This document shows, in pieces, positions 9,073-17,907 of a stretch of 33,520 bases of DNA. The position numbers were made by a program, and so were the translations under genes. The first letter of the stretch is position 1; every line of letters starts with the position of its first letter. The DNA is from a virus (lineage: Duplodnaviria; Caudoviricetes): the IMG/VR virus record IMGVR_UViG_3300048574_000224, positions 1 to 33,520 of that record, one strand, 5' to 3'. The notes beneath the pieces are model-generated. The model saw only the letters and a program-made list of their open reading frames with translations, searched no databases and was not told the DNA's origin.

Positions 9073-10622
9073 AGCACTTGTCCCCTCTCTCTCATTTCGC
9101 GTATTTCGGCCTTGGTGAGGCCCATATCTTCCAGTTCGTCCACCGTGTACTGCCCCTGCAGCTTTTTCTTTGGTTCCTTCGCCGGCTCCGGCCGGCTCAT
9201 CACGAAGTACCGGTCCACGTCCTGGGGGTGATGCTCGCTCTTTTTGCTGATGTCCTCCGGGTTGCTCTCGCTCTCTTCACAGCTTGGGTATGTCCGGATC
9301 GTGTTGGCGCAGTCCCCGGTGAAGGTAAGTAGCGCCGTCTTTTTCCCGTCGGGCCCGTCGTATGGTTCAAGCCACTCATGCAGCCTGCGCCAGCCGTTTT
9401 CAAGGCTCTTTGTCGCCTGGGCCATGTGCAGCCCGTGATCCGCAAATACCTCCGCAGTACTCTTGCCGCTGTCTCGACTGGGTGTCCATGCGTCGGTGTC
9501 GGCTACAATATAATCGAACCTCATCGGTTTATTACCGGAATTATAGTACACGCTGCGCCTGAGAATATCCTCGGCCTGCTGCCGATCCGTGACCTTATGC
9601 GGGTAGTACTCCCGGAAGCACCGACACCATCCATCCGGGGAAATCGCATACCATTTGAAACAGGCATGGGTTGCGAATCCAGGATCGTATGCTCCGGCTA
9701 TCAACCATCGCGGATTATTCGGAGGCTCCCAACTCCTGACCGGTACATGTACTTCCTCATTCCACTCTTCAAAGAAAGCGCCCTCCCCTACTGAGAAAGC
9801 ATCCGGTATGCTGGCTGGGTACTGGGACCGGTAAGTATTGCGGAGCTTTACCTTTGTCCTCTCATACCAGGCGTCATCTCTTCGAGGATCCGACCTCCAT
9901 CCAAGGAAGATCATCCGGAAACCGTTTATACCAGCTGCGGCGTCATTGCATATCTCCTCAAACAAGGTATTGCGTCGGCCGGTGGATAGCCCGATGATTT
10001 TTCCTGAGAAGTCAGCCCTGTTGATGGTAGGAAACGCACCGGTCCATATCGCCCGATCGAAAGGGTGTAAAGCCCACTCATCCAGGATAACGCAGTTTGC
10101 CGTAAAGCTATGGGCTGTGTCCGGGGAGGCAGGAAGCGTCATGAACTTGCTTGGCTCTCCGTCCGGCCTGTATATAGTAACCTCATGATCGTTAGCCTCA
10201 TAAGTGAATCCGCTCCAGTTGCGGGTTGCGCTGGTCCTCTCCCGGATCAACCATTTAGGAAGATATCGGATCATAAGCTGTATTCTCAAACTGAGCGCAA
10301 TGGCGTCAGGATCGTCTCGCTTGCTGATCGCTATTACGGCGTATCCCTTGTAGCTGATCATCATCCACAGCGCCCATGCCAGCACCAACCATGTAAGCCC
10401 AAGCTGTCTCGCCTTAAGGATTGCTAAAAACTGATTGTCAATGATCTCCTGAAGGGCTTCCCGCTGTTTCGGCCAGAGAGTAAATCTGCTTACGCCGTCC
10501 CGGCTGCTCTTGTCCTCTATGAATACATACTCCTGACAAAAGTACAGGCAACTGCTGGTGATGTCTTTTATCTCACGTTCTATGGCGTACTCGGCGGCGC
10601 GGTCCCTCTCTGATATTTGCAC
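9069..10622 (-). CDS. terL: Terminase large subunit
   Basis: Walker A LKARQLGLT, Walker B VILDEWA, coupling motif LST, RNase H-like YDPG and H..D..RY. Confidence 0.93.
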   Translation of the reverse strand: MQISERDRAAEYAIEREIKDITSSCLYFCQEYVFIEDKSSRDGVSRFTLWPKQREALQEIIDNQFLAILKARQLGLTWLVLAWALWMMISYKGYAVIAISKRDDPDAIALSLRIQLMIRYLPKWLIRERTSATRNWSGFTYEANDHEVTIYRPDGEPSKFMTLPASPDTAHSFTANCVILDEWALHPFDRAIWTGAFPTINRADFSGKIIGLSTGRRNTLFEEICNDAAAGINGFRMIFLGWRSDPRRDDAWYERTKVKLRNTYRSQYPASIPDAFSVGEGAFFEEWNEEVHVPVRSWEPPNNPRWLIAGAYDPGFATHACFKWYAISPDGWCRCFREYYPHKVTDRQQAEDILRRSVYYNSGNKPMRFDYIVADTDAWTPSRDSGKSTAEVFADHGLHMAQATKSLENGWRRLHEWLEPYDGPDGKKTALLTFTGDCANTIRTYPSCEESESNPEDISKKSEHHPQDVDRYFVMSRPEPAKEPKKKLQGQYTVDELEDMGLTKAEIREMRERGQVL

Positions 10623-10625
10623 ATG

Positions 10626-11000
10626 TTAACCCTCCTGGTCTCCAACTAAAAGCCGCATGTATATACGTTTGTAGAAAAATCTCTCTGTAATGTTGGATAC
10701 TTCGTCGGGATCCAAATAGCCTATTTCACAATATGGAAACTTTCTAAGCCAGACCTTTGTGTCTTTATTGTCGCTGATAATCTGTTTGCAAGTGCGCAGT
10801 GTGTCAATAATAGATTTTAAAAGGCTTTGCTGCAATGAGCCGGGATGAGATGCTTCCCCTTCTCCCTTGATGTATCCGTTGCATATTGAGTAATTTGTAC
10901 GGCCGGCAAGGCAATTGGTACGGGGCAATTTTAAGAGAATTGGAGTGAATACCACAAACAACACAAGATTCCATAGCCATGATCTAATTTTATTCCGCAT
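10626..11000 (-). CDS. Hypothetical protein between terS and terL, N-terminal hydrophobic segment
   Basis: Overlaps the terS stop and ends 3 nt before terL. Confidence 0.6.
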   Translation of the reverse strand: MRNKIRSWLWNLVLFVVFTPILLKLPRTNCLAGRTNYSICNGYIKGEGEASHPGSLQQSLLKSIIDTLRTCKQIISDNKDTKVWLRKFPYCEIGYLDPDEVSNITERFFYKRIYMRLLVGDQEG

Positions 11001-11550
11001 TTTCTTTCCTCGCTTTCTCTGCCTGCTTACGGATCAGGGCCAGCTTGTCCTCTTCTGTCATGCCGTCTGACCGCAGGCCCAGGGATCCGCTGATCTTGTT
11101 GTCAACCTCGGATTTGTGCTTGTATTCATCTGGGAGCTTGTTGGTGAGATAGAATTCAATCGCGCCGTCGCTTGGCACAACGAACTTACGGACCTTCTTG
11201 GTGATGACCATTTTAGATTTCGGCGGATCGCCCTGCTTCTTTCCCGGGACATCCATACGCTCCCTGGTGATCTCCTCGTATTCAAAGCCGTTACATTTTT
11301 TGTACAATGAATTTACAACATTACGGTGGCGATAGTTTTCTCCTTTTTGGAAGGCCTCGGCAAACTCGTCATATTCGTTCTTCCAGTCGTATAGTGTAGA
11401 CTCGTGAATTCCAAGCCTTGCAGCTATCTCATGGTTCACAATTCCATCCTCTACCCACTTCTGGACATCCTCGCACATTTCCGGCCTATAATCTGTCGGT
11501 CTTCCTACCGGCCTTGCCGCCTTATTCTTGGGTTTTCGGCCTCTCGCCAC
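10990..11550 (-). CDS. terS: Terminase small subunit (HTH type)
   Basis: GRPTDY..., HTH EIAARLGIHESTLYDWK, V.NSLYKK..G and PSD.AI.FYL.N motifs; GAGGAGG RBS before GTG. Confidence 0.85.
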   Translation of the reverse strand: MARGRKPKNKAARPVGRPTDYRPEMCEDVQKWVEDGIVNHEIAARLGIHESTLYDWKNEYDEFAEAFQKGENYRHRNVVNSLYKKCNGFEYEEITRERMDVPGKKQGDPPKSKMVITKKVRKFVVPSDGAIEFYLTNKLPDEYKHKSEVDNKISGSLGLRSDGMTEEDKLALIRKQAEKARKENAE

Positions 11551-11574
11551 CTTCCGCCACCTCCTCACAATTAA

Positions 11575-11607
11575 ATGATAGCACCAAATAAAAAAACCGC
11601 TAAAAAC
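11575..11607 (-). promoter_or_regulatory. Putative late promoter upstream of terS
   Basis: TTTTTAGCGG-T7-ATTTGG-TGC-TATCAT, same layout as the motif upstream of the scaffold gene. Confidence 0.55.
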
Positions 11608-11663
11608 GCGTTAATTTTAAATGTTTTTGATAAAATAACTAATAAATAAGTGGAGTAATTTTA

Positions 11664-11897
11664 ATGAAAAAAGTATTTATAGAAATGGTCTGTAAATTTG
11701 ATAAACTCGGCAATGTGATTCCTTTAAGGATTACTTGGCCGGATGGAAGAGTATTCGAAGTCGATAAGGTAATTTCGATTGAACGTGCAGCTGCTTTCAA
11801 GATTGGTGGCTACGGCATCCGCTATACGGTACGGATCCGGGATAAAGAAACCTTCATCTGGCGTGATGGAGACACATGGTTCATGGAAGGAAAATAA
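11664..11897 (+). CDS. Small conserved protein in opposite orientation (moron-like); resembles the family found beside dinB/umuC-like genes in Clostridia
   Basis: GGAG RBS; F...G...PL.I.W.DGR.FE.D.V....AA..K.GG.G.RY pattern; own terminator. Confidence 0.7.
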   Translation: MKKVFIEMVCKFDKLGNVIPLRITWPDGRVFEVDKVISIERAAAFKIGGYGIRYTVRIRDKETFIWRDGDTWFMEGK

Positions 11898-11915
11898 AAG
11901 AGCCCGAAGGCTCTT
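11898..11915. terminator. Hairpin between convergent genes
   Basis: AAGAGCC-CGAA-GGCTCTT. Confidence 0.7.
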
Positions 11916-12161
11916 CTATTCTGGATCTTTATATCTTTCATCTCTTGGTACCTTTTTCATATTGTAGGTACATCTCGATGTCCGAAGCAATTCCCTAATT
12001 TTCATTCCAAGTTCGCTTTTCCATGATTCTTCAAAATGCTGTCTGTCAATCTCTCGCTGATCAATAATTATGAAATTGATGTGAATTTTCCCATCGATGA
12101 TCATTTCAGCACTGATATAAATTTTGCCTTCTTCCATTTTGATTTTTCCATGTGGCCCCAC
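11916..12161 (-). CDS. Hypothetical protein
   Basis: AGGAGG RBS before GTG at 12161. Confidence 0.55.
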   Translation of the reverse strand: MGPHGKIKMEEGKIYISAEMIIDGKIHINFIIIDQREIDRQHFEESWKSELGMKIRELLRTSRCTYNMKKVPRDERYKDPE

Positions 12162-12175
12162 TTTCTCTCCTCCTT

Positions 12176-13378
12176 TTATGCGCTCCTCATTTCCTTCACC
12201 GCCTGCAGCTCCACGATCAGGTTGTCGATCTCTTCCCATGCGATCATGTCCCTGCCGATAGCTACTCCCGCTTCAGTGAATATGTATTCCCGGGCTGTCC
12301 TTGTCCCTCGCATACATACAGGTTTCAATTTCGCCCTGGTCGACGCCAATGAAATACTTCCGGTTTTATTCGCAATTTCTGCATTGATCTCATAACCCGC
12401 TTCCTTTATAGCCTTTTCGATGGGATTCAACTCCCGGATCGCTTCCCGGTCTCTGGCCAGCTGCTCCTGATCCTCGATCTCATCTATCGTCTCCACCTTT
12501 ACACCTTCAGGAAGATTCTTGATGAGATTATCCATTGTCTCTTCAGATACAATTATGGTGTCCTTTATATGCTCTCTCGTCGCAGCTGGTTCAGGAGCAT
12601 TTTGCCCCACTTTATCAATTGAGACGGATTCCGGAACGATTTCGGACTTTTCTGGAACGATCTTTTTCTCTTCTTCCTGATGAATGGTTACTCCAGCGCT
12701 TTCCTCACGGAGCTGCTTCCGGATTCCCCAATCGGTCAGATAAAGATCGATGGATGATGCCTTTAATCCATATTTTCCGGCAATCGCGTTCAGTGCATCC
12801 TTCCCCGTTCCCCTTTCCTTCGCCTCAGCATAAAGCTCTTCCCTGGTAATTTTTGCTTTCATAGCTTCTCTCTCCTTTTCATCCAATTTTCTATGTCGGG
12901 TTATCAAGCCCTTTACGACCCAGTCCGTTGTTTGCAGGATTTTTACAATCTGATCCGGAGTCTTCCCCTGCTCCAGAAGCTCGCTGATTTTGCCCCATGT
13001 TATTGACGTTCCGTTTTTCCTCCTTTCTTCACCTGCCTTTTCGCTTCTTCCGGCCGGCGAGTTCATATATTCTTCGTGGGCTTTCCGTCGCAGCTGCTCA
13101 TCGACAGCCGCCTTATCCGGAAGGGGGGAGAATTTTACTTCCACACCACAGGTTTTGAAGAGGCGATACCGGCGAGTGCGAAAATCAATGATGTCAAACC
13201 TTGTTTTATAGCCACTATCAACAAGTATGAAACGCGGCGTCATCTCAACAATCTTCCCTGTGCAGATTATCCGGTAACCTTTCTGCTGATTTCCGAATCC
13301 TTGGTATTCCCGCTTATACCGATCGTATATTTTTACTTCCTCGCCGATTGCCAGTTCATCCAGAGGCATAGTCACCAT
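12176..13378 (-). CDS. Multi-domain hypothetical protein with two HTH-like segments
   Basis: LLEQGKTPDQIVKILQTT and ALNAIAGKYGLKASSI..YL..WGI. Confidence 0.65.
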   Translation of the reverse strand: MVTMPLDELAIGEEVKIYDRYKREYQGFGNQQKGYRIICTGKIVEMTPRFILVDSGYKTRFDIIDFRTRRYRLFKTCGVEVKFSPLPDKAAVDEQLRRKAHEEYMNSPAGRSEKAGEERRKNGTSITWGKISELLEQGKTPDQIVKILQTTDWVVKGLITRHRKLDEKEREAMKAKITREELYAEAKERGTGKDALNAIAGKYGLKASSIDLYLTDWGIRKQLREESAGVTIHQEEEKKIVPEKSEIVPESVSIDKVGQNAPEPAATREHIKDTIIVSEETMDNLIKNLPEGVKVETIDEIEDQEQLARDREAIRELNPIEKAIKEAGYEINAEIANKTGSISLASTRAKLKPVCMRGTRTAREYIFTEAGVAIGRDMIAWEEIDNLIVELQAVKEMRSA

Positions 13379-13382
13379 CCCC

Positions 13383-14255
13383 CTACAACATGCTCATTTG
13401 TTCGTATCCGTCTATTTCTCCGTGTGACGGCTTCCTTGTTGCTTCCTTCTTCTCCTTTGGCTTCCCCTTTAGGGCGGCTCCACATCCTGACGTGTTCAGG
13501 AGCATTTTTTTCAGGGCGTCCATGGTTCCGAATCCTCCATCTTCCAAGATCCTCGCAAGTTCATCGATCACCGGGAACCCTTCCGGCGTCTCCATGTTCA
13601 AAATATTCGGCACCTCTTCCATAACAAAGGTCTTCGGCTGGATCTCGGTGATCATCCTGGCATATTCAAAAACCAGGCTATTACGAGGATCCATAACGTT
13701 TCTTTTTGAATTCAAAATGCTGTATCCTTGGCATGGGGGACCACCGCATACGCAATCTACATCCCCTTGGCGGAGTCCCAATTTGTCAAGCATGTCCTGC
13801 CCTTTTAGCTTCCGGATATCCCCGAACCAGAAGTTCCTTACCGGTGGTATACTTGGATTGTGCCGGATCCACCCGCTGCCACTCAGCTTACTCCCTATCG
13901 CTGTGTTATATATGCCATATTTTGTATCCCATTTTTTTAAGTTACCTTTTCCGGACGGATCCTTTTTCTCTTCACGATCCTCCCTTTTAATTTGATTTTC
14001 CAATTGCTTATTCAATCGCTCTTTATCTCCGGACCCAATGTAATGGATGTTTACCGGATAACTTCCCAGATTGACCAGATATGTAATTGTTGCATTCGGT
14101 TCCCATTCGTTTGCCGCTACCACCTCAAATCCGGCCTTCATGAACCCTAAGCTGAATCCACCGCACCCGGCAAAAAAATCCATGGCAATAGGCCATTTTC
14201 GTTTTATCTGGGTATATTCAGGTATGTACAATCCGCGGTGATGTACGTAATTCAC
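13383..14255 (-). CDS. DNA cytosine-5 methyltransferase-like protein, N-terminal half only
   Basis: Motif I DFFAGCGG, motif IV GGPPCQG, motif VI EEV; motif VIII, TRD, IX and X not seen. Confidence 0.8.
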   Translation of the reverse strand: MNYVHHRGLYIPEYTQIKRKWPIAMDFFAGCGGFSLGFMKAGFEVVAANEWEPNATITYLVNLGSYPVNIHYIGSGDKERLNKQLENQIKREDREEKKDPSGKGNLKKWDTKYGIYNTAIGSKLSGSGWIRHNPSIPPVRNFWFGDIRKLKGQDMLDKLGLRQGDVDCVCGGPPCQGYSILNSKRNVMDPRNSLVFEYARMITEIQPKTFVMEEVPNILNMETPEGFPVIDELARILEDGGFGTMDALKKMLLNTSGCGAALKGKPKEKKEATRKPSHGEIDGYEQMSML

Positions 14256-14710
14256 TGACCTCCCCTCATTTCTTCCGCTTCCTCCTCTTCCTCCTCTTCC
14301 TTATTCTTTTCACAGATTGACAAATCTTCCCTCACCCTTGCCTTATAGGACCGCTCGCTCTGCAGGCGCGATATTTTTTTGATCTCCTCGTTCGTTTTAT
14401 AAATTTTGTGCCTGAAATTTTCATTTGACCGGAGGAGTTCAACCAAGGGCTGCAGCAACTCATTTTTGATTCGGAGCTGGCGGCGATTTCTACGGATCTC
14501 CCTCAGGATGACATAAAGGCTGTACCCTTTTTCCTGGTCCTGCATTTCCGATAGCTCAATTTCATGGAGAATGTCCTGCTGTTCATTATCGAGCCGGCCG
14601 ATCGCTTCATAATTCTGATCATACTGCTGCGGAGCTCCGGCGAATATTTTTAACAGCGTTTCGCAAATTTCTTCAGCTTCCGTTTTCACCTTAATATCCA
14701 TTTTTTTCAC
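14252..14710 (-). CDS. Conserved coiled-coil phage protein
   Basis: QDILHEIE...LREIRRNRR pattern. Confidence 0.7.
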   Translation of the reverse strand: MKKMDIKVKTEAEEICETLLKIFAGAPQQYDQNYEAIGRLDNEQQDILHEIELSEMQDQEKGYSLYVILREIRRNRRQLRIKNELLQPLVELLRSNENFRHKIYKTNEEIKKISRLQSERSYKARVREDLSICEKNKEEEEEEEAEEMRGGQ

Positions 14711-14845
14711 CTACTTCACCTCCCCTCTCGCATCCTTCAGTTCATTTTCGAGTTTCCTTACGATAACCATTTGCTGCCGTACCAGTCCCTCGAGTTCTCC
14801 GATATACCGTAAAAGCTTTTTGATGGTAATTGTAGCTAAATCCAT
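14711..14845 (-). CDS. Small coiled-coil protein (44 aa)
   Basis: GGAGTGA RBS; ATG at 14845. Confidence 0.55.
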   Translation of the reverse strand: MDLATITIKKLLRYIGELEGLVRQQMVIVRKLENELKDARGEVK

Positions 14846-14871
14846 AAATATCACTCCCTGCTTTTGCGTAA

Positions 14872-15345
14872 TTACCGATTCCATTCCCATAATCCCTGTT
14901 TGCCTTTTGCCGGTATCGGCTCCGGGAGCAATTTCATATTTGCGAATTCCAATGCAAAGCGCCCTGGTCTCCAATCCCCAAACATCAATTCTTTTTGAGA
15001 CGGGTAGTATATACCTTTTTCTGTTTCAAGCCATGGAGCGTCTGTTGAGGATATACCGCGCCCTCCATGCAGTACCATCTTGTGGCATCCGACGAGTTCA
15101 CCTGTGGCGATAATACAACCGTAGGGCAGAAGTATATCGAAGCTATATATATCCGGGAGCTCCAATGCTTCTGCAAAAGGGTGAAGCTCTCTATCCAGAT
15201 ATGAACCTGTGTTGAACGGCTTCTGCGCTGCGTGAATCGCTATCGGGCCTCTGTAAAAAGTTTCCCAACCTCTGGTCTCATATTTTTTGTATTCCTGTCT
15301 GGCTAAAAGAGACGCCCATGGCTGCCATAATGTAATAGCCTTCAC
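14872..15345 (-). CDS. ASCH domain protein
   Basis: KAITLWQPWASL, K.YETR.W, YRGPIAIHAA, PIPAKGKQGLW. Confidence 0.9.
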   Translation of the reverse strand: MKAITLWQPWASLLARQEYKKYETRGWETFYRGPIAIHAAQKPFNTGSYLDRELHPFAEALELPDIYSFDILLPYGCIIATGELVGCHKMVLHGGRGISSTDAPWLETEKGIYYPSQKELMFGDWRPGRFALEFANMKLLPEPIPAKGKQGLWEWNR

Positions 15346-15373
15346 ATTCTCACTCCTTCGCTCTATCCTTCTT

Positions 15374-15664
15374 TTATGAACTTTTCAGTAATTTTTCAGC
15401 ATGTTCCCGGAAGCAATCCGGACACCAGCATTCACCTGTTTTACCATCAAAGATAAATCCTTTTCCGAATTCAAATCGTTCGCTACACTGACAGCAATCT
15501 AAAGGTGAATCGGGTTCAGTTTCCGGCATACATCCGAATTGATCCAGTATGGCGGATGTCGGCACTGGTTTTTTATTCCTCTGATCACACGCCTCCCGAT
15601 AGATTTGCGCCTTTATACGGTCTGTATCCTTGCTCCGCGGCGGCGGGCTTCCTATTGGTTTCAT
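15374..15664 (-). CDS. Hypothetical zinc-finger protein
   Basis: CCQC...CPDC; GGAGG RBS. Confidence 0.6.
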   Translation of the reverse strand: MKPIGSPPPRSKDTDRIKAQIYREACDQRNKKPVPTSAILDQFGCMPETEPDSPLDCCQCSERFEFGKGFIFDGKTGECWCPDCFREHAEKLLKSS

Positions 15665-15688
15665 TCATGACCTCCTTTTATTGCGAAT

Positions 15689-15892
15689 TTAGAATTTTGC
15701 TTTTGGCACAAAGTAATCAAGAATTGAATTCGCCTTTTTCTTGCTTGGCCCATAATATAAAATTGTTCCAGAACGTTTAAAAGAAGCACTTTTGCTCATT
15801 CTAGCCGGAATAGCCCATACTTGATACTGTGCAGTATTTTCATCTAATTTAACTTGAATTCTGTGGGTTTCGCCTGTAAATGTCTTTGTCAA
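15689..15892 (-). CDS. Hypothetical protein
   Basis: AGGAGGT RBS, TTG start. Confidence 0.6.
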   Translation of the reverse strand: MTKTFTGETHRIQVKLDENTAQYQVWAIPARMSKSASFKRSGTILYYGPSKKKANSILDYFVPKAKF

Positions 15893-15920
15893 TTAAAACA
15901 ACCTCCTTCGCCTATTTTCC

Positions 15921-16076
15921 CTATTGCACAACAACTTCAAGATCGCTCAGCTTATACGGTACCCGTTCGCCGGGTCTACTCACCAAAAGCAGATACGCCG
16001 TGTCAGCGATAATAAAGTCGATCAGCCCTCCAGTTTGTGTACCCTTAATCAATACCAGGTCTTTTACTTTCATCAT
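15921..16076 (-). CDS. Small 51-aa protein (not in ORF track)
   Basis: GAGGGG RBS; MMKVKDLVLIKGTQTGGLIDFIIADTAYLLLVSRPGERVPYKLSDLEVVVQ. Confidence 0.6.
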   Translation of the reverse strand: MMKVKDLVLIKGTQTGGLIDFIIADTAYLLLVSRPGERVPYKLSDLEVVVQ

Positions 16077-16314
16077 CGGTCCCCTCTTCCTCATTGGAAT
16101 CTTTGATTACTTTGGGCCTCCAATGGCTCATAAAGTGATCGCATACCACACATGGATCCTCGTAATTCAGTTTATCTTCGTAAAGACAATTCCAGCATGA
16201 GAATCCGTGGCGGGCATCCTTTTCTGTATCCTCTCTATGCTTCTTTCCGGAAAACGTTAATATAAAAATAATTCCCAGGAGAACCAACAACAAAATGATT
16301 TCAGTAGTTCCCAT
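16045..16314 (-). CDS. Membrane-anchored Cys-rich protein
   Basis: N-terminal TM helix; CWNC...CVVC. Confidence 0.6.
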   Translation of the reverse strand: MGTTEIILLLVLLGIIFILTFSGKKHREDTEKDARHGFSCWNCLYEDKLNYEDPCVVCDHFMSHWRPKVIKDSNEEEGTDDESKRPGID

Positions 16315-16318
16315 TTCC

Positions 16319-16915
16319 TCACACTCCATTCTTAAAAACCCATACATCAAGGTTCCTTACGCCAAATTTCATACAGTCGGCTCCGTTCCGCATAAAAACA
16401 TCGATTTCCCCAGCCTTGATCCCGCCGCCGCGATCCTGCACCACAAACAATCCCCTGTTGGGCTTGTCCTTAAAATACGGGATATATATCTTTGTGCCGA
16501 AAGGGATATCCGTGCCGGCCGCCACCGTGTACCAATCCCTGGCCGGTTCACCGCTTGCCGTTATCCCGTATGCCGGATGCCCCGGAAGCTTTCCGCATGA
16601 TTTGAAGGAAAGATCATATGCCGTAATTCTCATGTTCTGCTTTTCCGGCCGGTCGCCGGCGCGATCCAGGAAGTCGGTCCTCTGACGGAGCTGCTTCTGA
16701 TCCTGTCGAATAGAATCAATTTGGGATTTTACCTCGACATATTGTCCCGCCAGGGATTTGTTCAATTCCGTCAGTTCCGCTATTTCTCCCTGAAGAACGT
16801 CGTTTTGGTCTTTTAACATCCGCAATTCATCAGAATAGTAATGGCCGTTTGACAAAAGACCTGCTAATATGCCAATTAAAGTCCCTACCGAAACAGCTTT
16901 TATAAAATCCTTCAT
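16319..16915 (-). CDS. 3D-domain (MltA-like) cell wall protein with membrane anchor and coiled coil
   Basis: ITAY, GITASG, IPFGTKIYIP, VQDRGGGIK, IDVF. Confidence 0.88.
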   Translation of the reverse strand: MKDFIKAVSVGTLIGILAGLLSNGHYYSDELRMLKDQNDVLQGEIAELTELNKSLAGQYVEVKSQIDSIRQDQKQLRQRTDFLDRAGDRPEKQNMRITAYDLSFKSCGKLPGHPAYGITASGEPARDWYTVAAGTDIPFGTKIYIPYFKDKPNRGLFVVQDRGGGIKAGEIDVFMRNGADCMKFGVRNLDVWVFKNGV

Positions 16916-16961
16916 CTAAAACCTCCAAGATACAGATAAGGGAGGGCCGCTGGCGGCAGCC

Positions 16962-17474
16962 TTATCCCTCGGTACCGGTTTTCTTATTGTCGAACATGGA
17001 AACCTGCTCGTGCTCATGGTGGGCGTTGATAGCAAGACGAAGATCCTGCGACCAGAGACCGTATCGACGAATAATCGAGTTGAAATCCTCCACGGAATGG
17101 TCCATGATATAGAACTTCGCATTACCTTCTTTGTCCTCATCCTTACCGCAATGTGTCAGTTCGTGATCCAGGATAGCCTTCTTGACATCCTCATCTGCTG
17201 TTGCATTCCAGGCCCTGAGGCCAATGGTGATTACGATGTCGAACCCGGAAAGCTTCTTGTGCTTCTTGGACACAATTTCCGCCGATCCATAGACATCCTT
17301 TCCACGCTTCTTCCAATCACCGGTCCTGACCAGGTAACAGATCTGAGCTTCTGCGAGGCTCCCATGGAATTCATCGATAAGCCTGGCTGCTATGATCTTC
17401 AGATCCTCTGGTGCGTCTCTAAATTCCACCTTTTCCTTCTTCGGTTTGCTTGAAAAGCCTTTTCTCCTTGCCAC
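16962..17474 (-). CDS. Putative phage metallopeptidase
   Basis: LDHELTH, DHSVEDF..II.RYG. Confidence 0.75.
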   Translation of the reverse strand: MARRKGFSSKPKKEKVEFRDAPEDLKIIAARLIDEFHGSLAEAQICYLVRTGDWKKRGKDVYGSAEIVSKKHKKLSGFDIVITIGLRAWNATADEDVKKAILDHELTHCGKDEDKEGNAKFYIMDHSVEDFNSIIRRYGLWSQDLRLAINAHHEHEQVSMFDNKKTGTEG

Positions 17475-17486
17475 TTCGATCCCTCC

Positions 17487-17903
17487 TCATTTGACGATTT
17501 TTAGTATCAACTCCGGGTATTTCGCCCGGAACAGATCCGCTTTCAGTTTGAACTCCGGTGTTTCAAACCCTTTCACGTCTTCGACTTCTATATGCCCGTC
17601 CGGATAGATGACTTCGAAGTCCGCTTCATAGCTGTGGTTCTCGCTTACCCTGTACCTTGGATGAACCTTGAACGAGCTGATTACCTTCGCCAGAATCAGC
17701 ATGTTCAGCTCGCCGTACCGTTCCATTTCGGCCTGGCTGTCGAAGTATATCCCGTCCAGGTACCCCGGCTTGGCATGGAACTTGTGCTCCTTTTTGGATT
17801 CTTCCAGCCCCTCGAGCTGCTCCATGTCTTCCTTCCGGATCCGGATTGCCGGATTCTTTCGCATAAGATCGATCAGTTCCGAATAGCTCATGCTCAACCC
17901 CAT
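17487..17903 (-). CDS. DUF1064-like PD-(D/E)xK nuclease (probable resolvase)
   Basis: DGIYFDSQAE..RY, YEADF, VEDVKG..T..F.LK. Confidence 0.85.
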   Translation of the reverse strand: MGLSMSYSELIDLMRKNPAIRIRKEDMEQLEGLEESKKEHKFHAKPGYLDGIYFDSQAEMERYGELNMLILAKVISSFKVHPRYRVSENHSYEADFEVIYPDGHIEVEDVKGFETPEFKLKADLFRAKYPELILKIVK

Positions 17904-17907
17904 GAAA

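Noticed and set aside
8352-17474. The two HExxH proteins as ImmA-like antirepressor proteases
   Set aside because: Both lie in repressed lytic operons far from cI, so they are unlikely to trigger induction
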